Under the pieces are notes generated by a model. The model saw only the letters and a list, made by a program, of their open reading frames with translations. It was not told the DNA's origin and searched no databases. A stretch of DNA of 64,000 nucleotides from Rhodothermales bacterium (lineage in GTDB: Bacteria; Bacteroidota; Rhodothermia; Rhodothermales; Bin80), in assembly GCA_965262785.1 (NCBI GenBank), contig OZ253559.1, positions 2,158,597-2,222,596 of the forward strand, read 5' to 3'. This document shows positions 49,451 through 58,870 of the stretch, in pieces. Every line of letters begins with the position of its first letter. Within the stretch, counting starts at the first letter, position 1. The position numbers and the translations under genes are program-made.

Positions 49451-49794
49451 AAGGCGCGTGCCTTAGGGCGGCGTGCGGCGTGGCCGCTGCACTGGCCGTC
49501 CACCTGGTGATAGGCTGGGCTTGGACGCTAGTGGTCGCCATTGGCGTAGGGTTTTGGCACGGACGGGGCGGTTGGCTCGTAGGCGCGGCGAGTGTGGGTC
49601 TGAGTTTCGTAATTTTGATCGCCTACAACTTTGTCGTGGCGCCCGCGCCGGTAGGACGTATGGGAGAGGTGATGGGAGGCATCCTTGGTGGCTTACCGGC
49701 CCCAGCCATCTTCATAGGAACAGGCCTCATAGGATTCTTGATTGGAACCGCAGGTGGCGGCCTAGGATCAGGTGCGCGCCTAATGATAGCGTAG
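49447..49794 (+). CDS. Small hypothetical membrane protein (3 TM segments)
   Basis: ATGA overlap with the aminotransferase stop. Gly/Ala/Val-rich hydrophobic segments. I recognise no family. Confidence 0.45.
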   Translation: MKGACLRAACGVAAALAVHLVIGWAWTLVVAIGVGFWHGRGGWLVGAASVGLSFVILIAYNFVVAPAPVGRMGEVMGGILGGLPAPAIFIGTGLIGFLIGTAGGGLGSGARLMIA

Positions 49795-49797
49795 GTC

Positions 49798-50905
49798 ATG
49801 GCTAAAGAAGAGATACATCGCCTTCTAGAGCGCGCTCACGCGCTCGGAGGGTACCTTTGACGTTGCGGGGCGAACGGAACGTATCAAAGCACTAAGCCGA
49901 CAGCGACTGGCGGCCGGCTACTGGGATGACCCACTGTCGGCGCAGCGTACGGAAAAGGAGATTGCGGCAGAGCAGGATTGGGTGGACAGCTACGCGCGCG
50001 TGGTGCAGCTGGCGGATGACGTCGAAACCCTTGTGATTCTGGCCGAGGAAGAAGACGACGAGAGCCTTGAGCCCGAAATTGATTCGACGGTGCAGGCGCT
50101 CAGAAAAAGCCTGGACGGGCTGGAGCTGCGGAGCATGCTTTCCGGTCCAGATGATCACCGTGGTGCTATTGTTACAATAAACCCGGGCGCCGGCGGCACC
50201 GAGAGCCAGGACTGGGCCGAGTTGTTACTGCGCATGTACGTGCGGTGGGCAGAGCGCCAAGGATACAAGCATGCCCTGCTGGGGTACCAGTCTGGCGACG
50301 TGGCGGGCATCAAAAGCGCATCGCTGGGCGTGAGCGGGCGGTTTGCCTACGGTTTCCTTCGCAGTGAGTCCGGCGTGCACCGGTTGGTACGGATTTCTCC
50401 CTTTGACGCCAGTGGGCGTCGTCACACATCTTTTGCCAGCGTATTTGTCTATCCCGAGGTTGATGACACGATCGAAGTCAACCTTCGTGCAGCAGACATC
50501 GAGCTTCAGACCTTCAGGTGCGGGGGCCGCGGAGGCCAAAATGTGAACAAGCTGGATACGGGCGTGCGTCTTATATGGACCGGTGCGCTATCAAATGGTG
50601 ACAACGTGCGCGTAGCTGCAGAATGCACCGAAGAACGAAGCCAGCTTCAGAATCGCGAACGTGCCCTCAAGATGCTCAAGGGTCGAGTTTACCGCATGGA
50701 GCAGGACATCCAAGATGAGGAGAAGAACAAGCGCGAAGCTCAGAAAAAGAAGATTGAGTGGGGTAGCCAGATTCGGTCATATGTGCTTCAGCCATACACC
50801 ATGGTCAGTGATCATCGGACAGAAGTAAAGACGACCAACGCCCAGGCAGTCTTGAATGGGGACTTGGAGCAGTTTATCAAGACATACCTCTTGGGTCAGT
50901 CATGA
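49798..50905 (+). CDS. prfB: Peptide chain release factor 2, expressed through a programmed +1 frameshift at 49855-49861
   Basis: Frame 0 reads MAKEEIHRLLERAHALGGYL, then TGA (49858-49860). The +1 frame from GAC 49859 continues as RF2 (SPF motif RISPFDASGRRHTSF, GGQ motif, GSQIRSYV). Confidence 0.92.
49846..49861 (+). promoter_or_regulatory. RF2 autoregulatory frameshift cassette: SD-like GGAGGG, spacer, CTT TGA C
   Basis: ggagggtacCTTTGAC. The E. coli site is AGGGGGTATCTTTGAC. Confidence 0.9.
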
Positions 50906-52512
50906 CCGGGGACCGCTACGAGTTTGACTTTCTTGTCATCGGCAGTGGTGTCGCCGGGCTTTGGTTTGCGCTGCACGTAGCGGACCACGGCCATGTAGCG
51001 ATCGTGACGAAAAAGGAGCAGGCGGAATCGAATACCAATTACGCACAAGGAGGCATCGCCGCGGTTCTGACGGCGGCCGACTCGTACGCTAGCCACATTG
51101 AGGACACCCTCGTGGCTGGCGCTGGACTTAGCGACCCGGACGTAACCCGAATCGTTGTTACCGAAGGCCCAGAGCAGGTCAAGGCACTGGTGGCACTTGG
51201 TGCGTCATTTACGCACGAGGGCGGCGTGCCGCACCTGGGGCGCGAAGGTGGACATTCCGTGCCGCGGATTGTACATGCGCGCGACGCCACCGGCTACGAG
51301 GTTGAACGGGCACTCTTGGCGGCCATTCAGGTGCATCCGAGTATCAAGGTGTTTGAATACCACTGCGCGGTAGACCTGATTACAGAGCACCACCTAGGGC
51401 AGATTGTAACGAAGTTGCGGCCCGATGTGAACAGTTTTGGGGCGTACATCTATGATGAGCAGGCCGATGCTGTGCACACTTTTTTAGCCAAGGTGACGAT
51501 GCTCGCCACAGGTGGGTCCAGTGCAGTCTACCTGCACACCACCAACCCACCTATTGCCACGGGCGACGGTGTCGCGATGGCGTACCGCGCCAAGGCGCGC
51601 ATCTCGAACATGGAGTTTGTTCAGTTTCATCCAACGGCCTTGTACCAGGCTGAAACGGCGCGTGCAGGCGGCAAGTCTTTCCTGGTGTCTGAGGCCGTCC
51701 GGGGCCATGGTGCGTTCTTGCTCAATCAAGCCGGAGAGCGTTTCATGCCCACATACGATGCGCGTGCAGAGCTGGCTCCCCGCGACATCGTAGCACGCGC
51801 TATTGACGACCAGCTCAAGCAGCGTGGCGACGACTATGTGCTGCTTGACATTTCGCACAAGCCCAGAAAGGAAATTGAAACGCACTTTCCGACCATTGCG
51901 GAAGCGTGTCGAGCGCACGGCTATGACATGGCAGTGGAGCCTGTTCCGGTCGTTCCGTCTGCACACTACCAGTGCGGGGGCGTAATGGCAGATCACCAGG
52001 CGCGAACCAGCATCACGGGGCTCTTGGCCACCGGTGAGACGGCATGTACCGGCCTGCACGGGGCAAACCGCCTTGCAAGCAATTCTTTACTGGAAGCGCT
52101 GGTGTTCAGCCGTCGCGCAGCAGGTACGGCGCTGAATCTTGCCACGGGTCGAAACATCAATCAGTCAGTGCCTGATTGGGATGCCACGGGTACGCTGCGT
52201 CCTCAAGAAGGGGTGCTGGTGTCACACAACAGGGACGAGCTTCAACGCGTGATGTGGGACTATGTCGGTATTGTGCGGTCCACATTCCGCCTGGGCCGGG
52301 CGTTTCGGCGCACGAGGCTTCTATATGAAGAGGTGGAGGAGTTTTACCAGCATACGCGCCTTTCCAGCGGGCTTTGTGAGCTCAGGAACATGATAGCGGT
52401 CGCCTATCTCATCATTCAAAGCGCGCAGATGCGGCGCGAGAGCCGGGGCCTCCACTACACTGTTGACTATCCAGATCCGGTTGACGCAGAGTGTAGGCCT
52501 AGCATTGTCTAG
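50902..52512 (+). CDS. nadB: L-aspartate oxidase
   Basis: FDFLVIGSGVAGL FAD motif, HYQCGGV, and GLHGANRLASNSLLE. ATGA overlap with prfB. Confidence 0.9.
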   Translation: MTGDRYEFDFLVIGSGVAGLWFALHVADHGHVAIVTKKEQAESNTNYAQGGIAAVLTAADSYASHIEDTLVAGAGLSDPDVTRIVVTEGPEQVKALVALGASFTHEGGVPHLGREGGHSVPRIVHARDATGYEVERALLAAIQVHPSIKVFEYHCAVDLITEHHLGQIVTKLRPDVNSFGAYIYDEQADAVHTFLAKVTMLATGGSSAVYLHTTNPPIATGDGVAMAYRAKARISNMEFVQFHPTALYQAETARAGGKSFLVSEAVRGHGAFLLNQAGERFMPTYDARAELAPRDIVARAIDDQLKQRGDDYVLLDISHKPRKEIETHFPTIAEACRAHGYDMAVEPVPVVPSAHYQCGGVMADHQARTSITGLLATGETACTGLHGANRLASNSLLEALVFSRRAAGTALNLATGRNINQSVPDWDATGTLRPQEGVLVSHNRDELQRVMWDYVGIVRSTFRLGRAFRRTRLLYEEVEEFYQHTRLSSGLCELRNMIAVAYLIIQSAQMRRESRGLHYTVDYPDPVDAECRPSIV

Positions 52513-52740
52513 GAGGCAAACAATCTCTCTTCAGTGAGTAGACAGGAATCGGTATCTGGTAGAATTGTGACCCATCGACGGCCGTACCGTGCATCAGCGT
52601 GCCGCAGATAGTGTGTAGCAGTTGTCGCGTGACCGCTACGATTACCACCACTGGTTTTTGTTTTCGGCGATCAGCTTTTCGCGGGATGCGGGTACAGGCG
52701 GATCGCAGTGCATGGCCACATGGGTGAGCCTGCACAGCTC
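52499..52740 (-). pseudogene. IS110-family transposase remnant, C-terminal piece (frameshifted)
   Basis: ...PVVVIVAVTRQLLHTICGTLMHGTAVD matches the family C-terminus (K.A.vAvaRKLl.i...l..g). The adjacent frames read ...AMHCDPPVPASREKLIAENKNQ. Confidence 0.55.
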
Positions 52741-52851
52741 TACTTCGCCATTTTATGACTCAAACAGTATAGGTGGACACATTCTCCACATATAAGAAAA
52801 GGGTGTACTCCCGCCTGGCTGGCACTACTTTTCTAACGCCGTGCGCCTGCC

Positions 52852-54666
52852 TTAGTCCTGGCGCACGTAGCGTTGCCGATGCAGGCTGGGCGTGACGCCG
52901 CAGATGCGCGCTATCTGAGCCAGCTCTGCCCTTGGGCGCTCGTCCTGCACGTTGACAATCACCTGGCCCTGGGTGTCCTTTACGGTTGTCATCACCCGTT
53001 GCCAGGCGCTCAGCTTCTGGCGAAGCGTCTTCCAGCTGGTGTGGATGTCTTGCGCCTTCAATCGGGTCCGGATCAGGTGCACGGCGTGATAGGCATACAC
53101 AGCTATACTGATGTGCGCTGCGATGCGTGCGTCCTTGCTGTGGTATAGCGGCCGCATCCCCAGTTCCGACTTCAACGAGCGGAAGGTGGCCTCCACCTCG
53201 GACAGCCGCCAATACGTGGCTACAATGTGCTTAAGGTCCCATCCCGTCTGACTGGTGCGCAGCACGTAGCCCCCCAGGGCCTCATCGGCCTCTTCCCACT
53301 GCGTCTTGCGTGCAAACTTCACGGCCTTGGCGTTGGGGCCACTCCCTTCTACAACCGTCACTTCGTACTGATGAGATACGCGGGCATATCGCTCTTTTAT
53401 GCGTCCGACCTGCTCTACGACCTTCTTGAGCCGCTTGGTATGGTAGGGCTTCTGCAGCCCTTCGTGCAGCGAGGTGAGGGCTGCTTCCAGTAGCGTGCGC
53501 CGGCGCTGGAGGATCTGCTCTTCCTTGTGCTTTCTGGCTTCGCTGACGGCATAGAGCAGCATCTCCTGCTTCTTTTGCTGCAACTGCCACACGCGTACGG
53601 CGTGTCCAGCCTGCGTGGTCAGCGTACTGTCGGGCTCCCGCTCTGGCGGCAGGGGCCGCTTACCCCGGTGTACGCAGATCCAGTCGTAGCCCTGTTCTGC
53701 CAGCCAGGACACGTTTGCTTCCGTAGCGATCCCTGCATCCATGACCACCGTCGGCTTCTGGCCGTCCACGCTGGCGTTCAGACGCTCGATAGCGTCCTGC
53801 AGCGTGCCGGGCTCCGAGACGTTGCCGGGCAAGATCTCGCAGGTGCGCGGGAAGCCCGCGCCATCGAGCACCAGCCCGAGCGTCACCAGCGGACAATCGG
53901 AACGCTTTTGCTTCGAACGTCCATAGGCCAGGTACTCGCCGTGCTGTCGGCCATGGTAATGGGTGTTGGTCAGGTCATAAAAAACAACGGTCTCCGGCAG
54001 GCTCAAGAGCGTCCGCTCCTTTTGGAAGAGCGCTTGCTGAATCGCTTGGTTGTGCTCCCAGAGCAGGTCCCCAATGCGATACAGCTTCGCTAACGACACT
54101 TTCCTGCCGGGGCGCAGCCCCAGCAGGTCCAGCGTCGTCGACCTGCTTTGCAACCACTGAAGCGTAGCCCGTTCGCTGTTGGGATGCAGCATGCGTGCGA
54201 CCACCAGGGCTACGGCCAGACGCGCGTCGCGCTCCTTGGCGCCGGCCTGGATCAGCGTGTCTTTCAGTCCCAGATCCTCGAGCGCCTGAAGGCAGACACG
54301 CTCTGCGCCCACGCTGCGGGCATGCTCCGGGTGCTCAAGGGAGTCCATGTCCACCGTCATGACGCTGTCAGGCTCACCCTCCGGCTTCGCGTGTGCACCT
54401 ATGCCGCGTGCGCGCAGCTGCGCGACAATGGCTTCGGCCGTGTGCTGCAGGTCGGGATCGAACACGAGTGTCGGCTGCCCCTGCAACAAATTCTCTATGT
54501 GAAGCACCAAGGTCCCCCACTGCTCACGGGGCGTGTCAAAGTGGACGCCCAGGTTCAGCAGGGTAGACTGGCGCACCTTCCCGCCGATGCGGTCGCTGCG
54601 TACCAGGCGGTAGCTGTGTCGCGCTTCGCCTTTCATTGCGTGGGTCTTGGTCGCCCGTATGTACAT
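52852..54666 (-). CDS. IS1634-family (IS4-related) DDE transposase, 604 aa, intact
   Basis: Family-typical N-terminus (MYIRATKTH...YRLVRSDRIGGKVRQSTLLNLG) and a DDE region (VVMDAGIATE, YWRLSEVEATFRSLKSELGMRPLYH). Confidence 0.75.
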   Translation of the reverse strand: MYIRATKTHAMKGEARHSYRLVRSDRIGGKVRQSTLLNLGVHFDTPREQWGTLVLHIENLLQGQPTLVFDPDLQHTAEAIVAQLRARGIGAHAKPEGEPDSVMTVDMDSLEHPEHARSVGAERVCLQALEDLGLKDTLIQAGAKERDARLAVALVVARMLHPNSERATLQWLQSRSTTLDLLGLRPGRKVSLAKLYRIGDLLWEHNQAIQQALFQKERTLLSLPETVVFYDLTNTHYHGRQHGEYLAYGRSKQKRSDCPLVTLGLVLDGAGFPRTCEILPGNVSEPGTLQDAIERLNASVDGQKPTVVMDAGIATEANVSWLAEQGYDWICVHRGKRPLPPEREPDSTLTTQAGHAVRVWQLQQKKQEMLLYAVSEARKHKEEQILQRRRTLLEAALTSLHEGLQKPYHTKRLKKVVEQVGRIKERYARVSHQYEVTVVEGSGPNAKAVKFARKTQWEEADEALGGYVLRTSQTGWDLKHIVATYWRLSEVEATFRSLKSELGMRPLYHSKDARIAAHISIAVYAYHAVHLIRTRLKAQDIHTSWKTLRQKLSAWQRVMTTVKDTQGQVIVNVQDERPRAELAQIARICGVTPSLHRQRYVRQD

Positions 54667-54811
54667 GGTGTCTGCAGTTCAATGCCGACTCCAAGATAGT
54701 GCATGGGCGCACCTGTAGCAAGTCCCCACCAATAATCCTGGCACTACAATGGCCTTTTTCAGCCGAATACGCTAAACTTCACGCATTCTTCACCATATAG
54801 CCGAGAAATAC

Positions 54812-54844
54812 GGCTGAAAAGGGGCTGAAAAGGGCGAAAAGTGG
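54812..54844. repeat. Subterminal 11-bp tandem repeat (GGCTGAAAAGG x2 plus one degenerate copy) in the IS1634 right arm
   Basis: ggctgaaaagg ggctgaaaagg gcgaaaagtgg. An inverted copy, ttttcagccg, lies at about 54757. Confidence 0.7.
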
Positions 54845-54903
54845 GCTGGGAGTACCTGGTTTAGCCCCCCTTCGGCCACGGTTGGTTCCCAAAATGGCGA
54901 AGT

Positions 54904-55199
54904 CGGGACAGGATGCGTCTCAGGCGTGCGTGGCTGGCGCGAGAGATTCGCCGGGGCCGGTTCACACCGATGCCCGACTCGTATGTGCGCACAACTGGCT
55001 CGGATAAATCACCTGGCTGTCGGCAGCCTGCCAAACGCGTCTGTAGGTCATTGTGTGTCCATTGGCCAATTGGCTTGGACGCATCTGGTATGCCCCAGAG
55101 GTGCCCCATAGTTGTTACCGGCGTCCAGCAACCCCGGCCAGCGTCCATCGCGATCCAGCTTGGCGGAGCCATCGTTTCGGTCCCCCGGGTTGCCAGCAA
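54904..55199 (-). pseudogene. IS110-family transposase remnant, internal (Transposase_20-like) piece
   Basis: ...YESGIGVNRPRRISRASHARLRRILSR fits the family motif SG...g.IsKrG...LRr.L. The N-terminal DEDD domain is absent. Confidence 0.5.
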
Positions 55200-55229
55200 C
55201 TCGGGGACGGGGATCGGTCAGGCATTCGC

Positions 55230-55537
55230 CTATACCACCGCATGCCGGGGCGTCGCCTGCTCGGAGATCTCGCGACCCGCCTCAATCTCCACCCGGCGAA
55301 GCTCCCACGTCTTTTGAGGGTTCAATCAAAGCTGCGTCGTCGAACCGCAGTACTGGGCCAGGTGGAGCGCCGTGTTCGCGGTCACGCCCCGCTGGCCGTT
55401 GAGAATCATCGTCACCTGGTTGACCGGCACGCCAAGCGCCTTTGACACCACATTGGCCGACAGCCCGAGCTCTTGTCGATTTCCTCGCGCAGGATTGTGC
55501 CTGGACGTACCGGCCTCATGCCACTCTTCGCGTTCAT
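55230..55537 (-). pseudogene. higA: higA-type (XRE-HTH) antitoxin gene, decayed
   Basis: MRPVRPGTILREEI ... (frameshift near 55470) ... ELGLSANVVSKALGVPVNQVTMILNGQRGVTANTALHLAQYCGSTTQL-TGA-LNPQKTWELRRVEIEAG. The TGA at 55326-55328 sits where the family has a conserved Trp. Confidence 0.7.
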
Positions 55538-55760
55538 GTCACATGCCTCCCAATGACAGATCTCGATCTCGCACGGCCCGTCGTCGGTCCAAATGAAGCA
55601 GATGCGCCACTGTGCTTTGATCCGAAAGCTGTGCTGCCGGGCCCGGTCGCCCCACAGCGCGCCCAGCAGGGTCAGCCAGCGTGCCGCTTGATTCGAGCAG
55701 CCGTGAAAGCCGACCCTCGAAGAAACGTCTCATTCTCCGGTCCCTGATGCTTTGTATCAT
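55538..55760 (-). pseudogene. higB: higB-type (RelE-superfamily) toxin gene, decayed
   Basis: MIQSIRDRRMRRFFEG in one frame, then GDRARQHSFRIKAQWRICFIWTDDGPCEIEI in another (frameshift/deletion near 55705-55718). No stop separates it from higA. Confidence 0.65.
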
Positions 55761-55924
55761 GTGACTCCAATGTAAGCCATGTTTTCGGTCTCTGTACAGG
55801 GATCTCACCGCCCGTCTGCGGCTGCACATATGGACCCGTTCTGGGTACGCGCACGCTCAGCCATGCCGCCGAGCCTTCGACGCTGGCGGCGACCCGCAGT
55901 CGTCGCCACGCCGACAGAACCCTG

Positions 55925-57842
55925 CTAGTTTGTGCTTGCCCGAAAAATGCCTGATCGGCTCTGCAGACCGGCAGTCTTGGGCGCATAGGGCAGATGTACG
56001 GGCCCGTGCGGCGGAAAATCGGGCATTTTGGAGTGTCGGGCGGCTGTTTTCGGGGCAGTTTCCCCAACGGCTGCCTGCGTTGTTTTAGCGAATGTTGCGC
56101 CGTTTTCCGATCTTAGTACCGTTATTGGCGTGATTAGTACGCTTCTGCCCCAACATTCGCCCGATTTACTGCCATGCGCGCGATCTTCGAGTCACAGTTT
56201 GAGCTTGGGCACACGCCCATTGGAGAGATCAGCTTTGACGCTCGGTCCAGAGACGATATTCCGGCTGCGCTCCGTGGACTGCAGGACATCTTCACGCACC
56301 GTGCGACACGCGAGCGGGTGTTCGCGATCCTGCGGGAGCAGTTAGGCGCGAAGGTCAATTTGCGGCGTGGTCGCCCGGGACTGTGTCTGTGGCGGATCTT
56401 CGTTTTAGGCACGCTGCAGAAGGCGCTCGACTGCGATTTCGACCGTCTGGTAGAATTGGCGAACTTTCACACGGCGCTGCGCCAGATGCTGGGGCATGCA
56501 GATTTTGGAGATAAGCACCAGTATCGCCTGCAGACCGTTATTGACAACGTGAGTCTGCTTACCGAGGAAGCGCTGCAGCAGATCAATGCGGTGGTGGTGG
56601 CCCGTGGGCATCAGCTGTTGAAGCACAAGAGCTCTGATCCGCTTCACTGCCGGGCCGACTCAGCGGTTGCGAAGACCCATGTGGAGTGGCCCACTGATGT
56701 CCGTTTGCTGTGGGATGCGCTGCGCCGTCTGATCAGGAAGCTGGCGCGTCTGTGCCAGCAGCATGCGATAGCGGGCTGGCGCAAGTCGCAGGCCTGGATC
56801 AAGAAAATAGAGCGCGCCTTTTATCGCGTGCGCACTTCCCGGCAGTGTCGTAGTGCATCGAAAGTGGCAGACTACCTTGCACTTTGCCGCACTATCGTGT
56901 CGAAGGCAGCGGCTACGCAAGCGATATTGAGGCAAAACGATGTTGAAAGCGCGGAGGTGTCGTGGTATTTGCGGACTGGAGGCAAGCTGATAGACCAGGT
57001 ATCGCGCCGTTTGATCAAGGGCGAGAAGATTCCGCACGGCCAGAAGCTCTTCTCCGTGCATGAGCCCCACACGCGCTGGATCAACAAAGGGAAGGCGGGC
57101 GTGATGGCAGAGTTGGGCGTACCGGTCTGCGTGTTGGAGGATCAGCACCAATTCATTCTGCGCCACCATGTGCAGCACGAAGGCGGCGACCAAGACATGA
57201 TCGTACCATTCCTTGCAGAGGCGAAGCGGCGCTACCCGGCGCTGGCATCATGCAGTATGGACAAGGGGTTTTACACGCCAGAGAATCGCGAGCAGCTTGA
57301 CAAGTTGTTGGACCTGAACGTGATGCCTCGAAAGGGGCGGCTCCGTAAAGCGGACCGCGAACGAGAGACCCATCCGGACTTCGTGGCAGCCCGGCGTCAA
57401 CATCCGGCCATAGAGTCGGCGATCAATAATCTCGATCACCGGGGGATGTCACTAGTGCGCACCCATGGCAAGGCCGGCTTCGACAGGACGCTGGCACTGG
57501 TAGTGGTGGCCACCAATGTGCACCGCATAGGTCAGGTTCTGAAGCAGAAGGAAGCGCGCCGACGAAAGTGGTACCAGGCACGCAGTAGGGCGCAGTAAGG
57601 CCCTACCAGCGCCGCCACGGGAGCAAGCCAGACTCCTTGCAATGGGGAGAGCGCAAACCTATATCGTGTTTGTAGTGCAATGGCATGAAAAGCTGGCTGA
57701 AGGCCGCGGCTTTGTGCCAAATCCACTCATATTCGGGGGCTGCGCGCCTTGCGCACACCCCTGACCGCGACTACAGGCTTACCGCCCACCCACAATCTTC
57801 CCGCAAATTGCTCCCAATAGGCCTTTTTCGGGCAATCACTAG
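55925..57842 (+). mobile_element. ISNCY-like insertion sequence (~1.9 kb); ends approximate
   Basis: Imperfect ~35-bp inverted repeats with a core TTGCCCGAAAAATGCCT (55936-55952) versus AGGCCTTTTTCGGGCAA (57819-57835), 16/17 match. CTAGT/ACTAG lies at the outer edges. No target duplication was identified. Confidence 0.55.
56174..57598 (+). CDS. ISNCY-family-like DDE transposase, 474 aa, intact
   Basis: The N-terminus (FE.QFELG.TPI.EI.FD.RSRDDIP..LRGLQ.I) and overall layout match proteins I recall as annotated ISNCY family. This assignment is from memory. Confidence 0.6.
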   Translation: MRAIFESQFELGHTPIGEISFDARSRDDIPAALRGLQDIFTHRATRERVFAILREQLGAKVNLRRGRPGLCLWRIFVLGTLQKALDCDFDRLVELANFHTALRQMLGHADFGDKHQYRLQTVIDNVSLLTEEALQQINAVVVARGHQLLKHKSSDPLHCRADSAVAKTHVEWPTDVRLLWDALRRLIRKLARLCQQHAIAGWRKSQAWIKKIERAFYRVRTSRQCRSASKVADYLALCRTIVSKAAATQAILRQNDVESAEVSWYLRTGGKLIDQVSRRLIKGEKIPHGQKLFSVHEPHTRWINKGKAGVMAELGVPVCVLEDQHQFILRHHVQHEGGDQDMIVPFLAEAKRRYPALASCSMDKGFYTPENREQLDKLLDLNVMPRKGRLRKADRERETHPDFVAARRQHPAIESAINNLDHRGMSLVRTHGKAGFDRTLALVVVATNVHRIGQVLKQKEARRRKWYQARSRAQ

Positions 57843-57881
57843 TTTATTCGGGCACACCGCGAATCGAAACCACGAAAGCCG

Positions 57882-58352
57882 ATGGGGCCGGACCCAAACA
57901 CCAACACCGCGACCAATGAAAGCACCCCAGTCGGCGTAGGAGGTTGGCTCGTGGTTTATCTCTTTGGCTCCATCCCTTTCCTGCTCTTCCATTCGGCGGG
58001 CCTGTCGGGATGGTTTCTCGAATACCCCCTCTGGCTGCTGGTCGCGATATTCCTTTTCCTCGCGTCCCCGCTTGCGCTCATCCTACTGAAGTCGCCGCGA
58101 GCCCCGCGGTGGAACGTCGTCGCGCTGTGGGTCGTCGCCCTCCTGATCACGCTGCGCGCGGCCTTCGTCCCTTTCAATCTAGAGACCGACGAAGCGGCGC
58201 AGAGGAGGAGCCCCGAGGAATGGGTGGCCGCGATCGCGATCCTGGCGGTCATCGCGGTCGGGTCGCTGGCGTGGGCGACGATCTGGACGGTCTACTTCCG
58301 GCGATCGCTCAGAGTTCGGAACACCTTCCCTCCACTGGCGGTCGATACCTAG
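57882..58352 (+). CDS. DUF2569-like membrane protein
   Basis: GVGGWL start of the first TM segment, four hydrophobic segments, and a C-terminal W..YFRRSLRVRNTF typical of the family. Confidence 0.6.
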   Translation: MGPDPNTNTATNESTPVGVGGWLVVYLFGSIPFLLFHSAGLSGWFLEYPLWLLVAIFLFLASPLALILLKSPRAPRWNVVALWVVALLITLRAAFVPFNLETDEAAQRRSPEEWVAAIAILAVIAVGSLAWATIWTVYFRRSLRVRNTFPPLAVDT

Positions 58353-58870
58353 CCCGGGCTTTGGCCGAGGTGCACCGCCCACCTTGAGGAAGCACCCCCT
58401 CCCCGGCCGCAGGCATTGCCCGGCCCGCCAGACGGAGCCCCCGACCTCCCTGCTCCGCGCCGCCCCTCGAAGAATTGCCGCAATCTCCGATCCTTGAAGC
58501 TTAATATTAGGAAATCCGATTCTATGCCCTGTTTCGGCTTGAGTAAGAGGTAGGTCGTCCACCTGGCCGCGAGGCCCGAACTCGGGTACCAACGGTAGCG
58601 GTCTACCCGACGCGGAGAGGACTCCTCAGGTTTGAATGTGATTTACATGCGAAAGTGGCAGGGGCCATGTTTCGAATCCCGCCGAAGGTGGCTTGCGGTT
58701 CTGATCTGCGTATCGTCAGGCAGTGCCGATGCCTTCCTTCGCGCGATGCTGATACAGGCAATTCGGAACCGGCTGGTAAATGGCGTGTTAACACGCGCGT
58801 GAGGATGATCCGTAGGGGTTGCGAACGCCGCGCCCTTAGGCGTAAATTCGTTGCCTACGGTATGTAAGGA

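Larger units (their letters stand above)
52741..54903 (-). mobile_element. IS1634-family insertion sequence (~2.16 kb) nested in the IS110 remnant
   Basis: Outer inverted repeat CTACTTCGCCATTTT (52740-52754) / AAAATGGCGAAGTCG (54890-54904), 14/15 match. Removing the element brings the two IS110-like fragments into correct spacing. No target duplication is seen, so the ends are approximate. Confidence 0.6.

Noticed and set aside
52806-52813. Inner inverted pair GTACTCCC (52806) / GGGAGTAC (54847-54854) as the IS1634 termini
   Set aside because: Using these ends leaves about 110 nt of AT-rich, non-IS110-like sequence between the two IS110 fragments. The outer 14/15 repeat restores proper spacing. 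I have kept the inner pair as a possible internal binding site.
58655-58700. T-loop-like TTTCGAATCCCGCC, suggesting a tRNA or the tRNA-like end of tmRNA
   Set aside because: I could not build flanking complementary T-stem, acceptor stem or D/anticodon arms on either strand.
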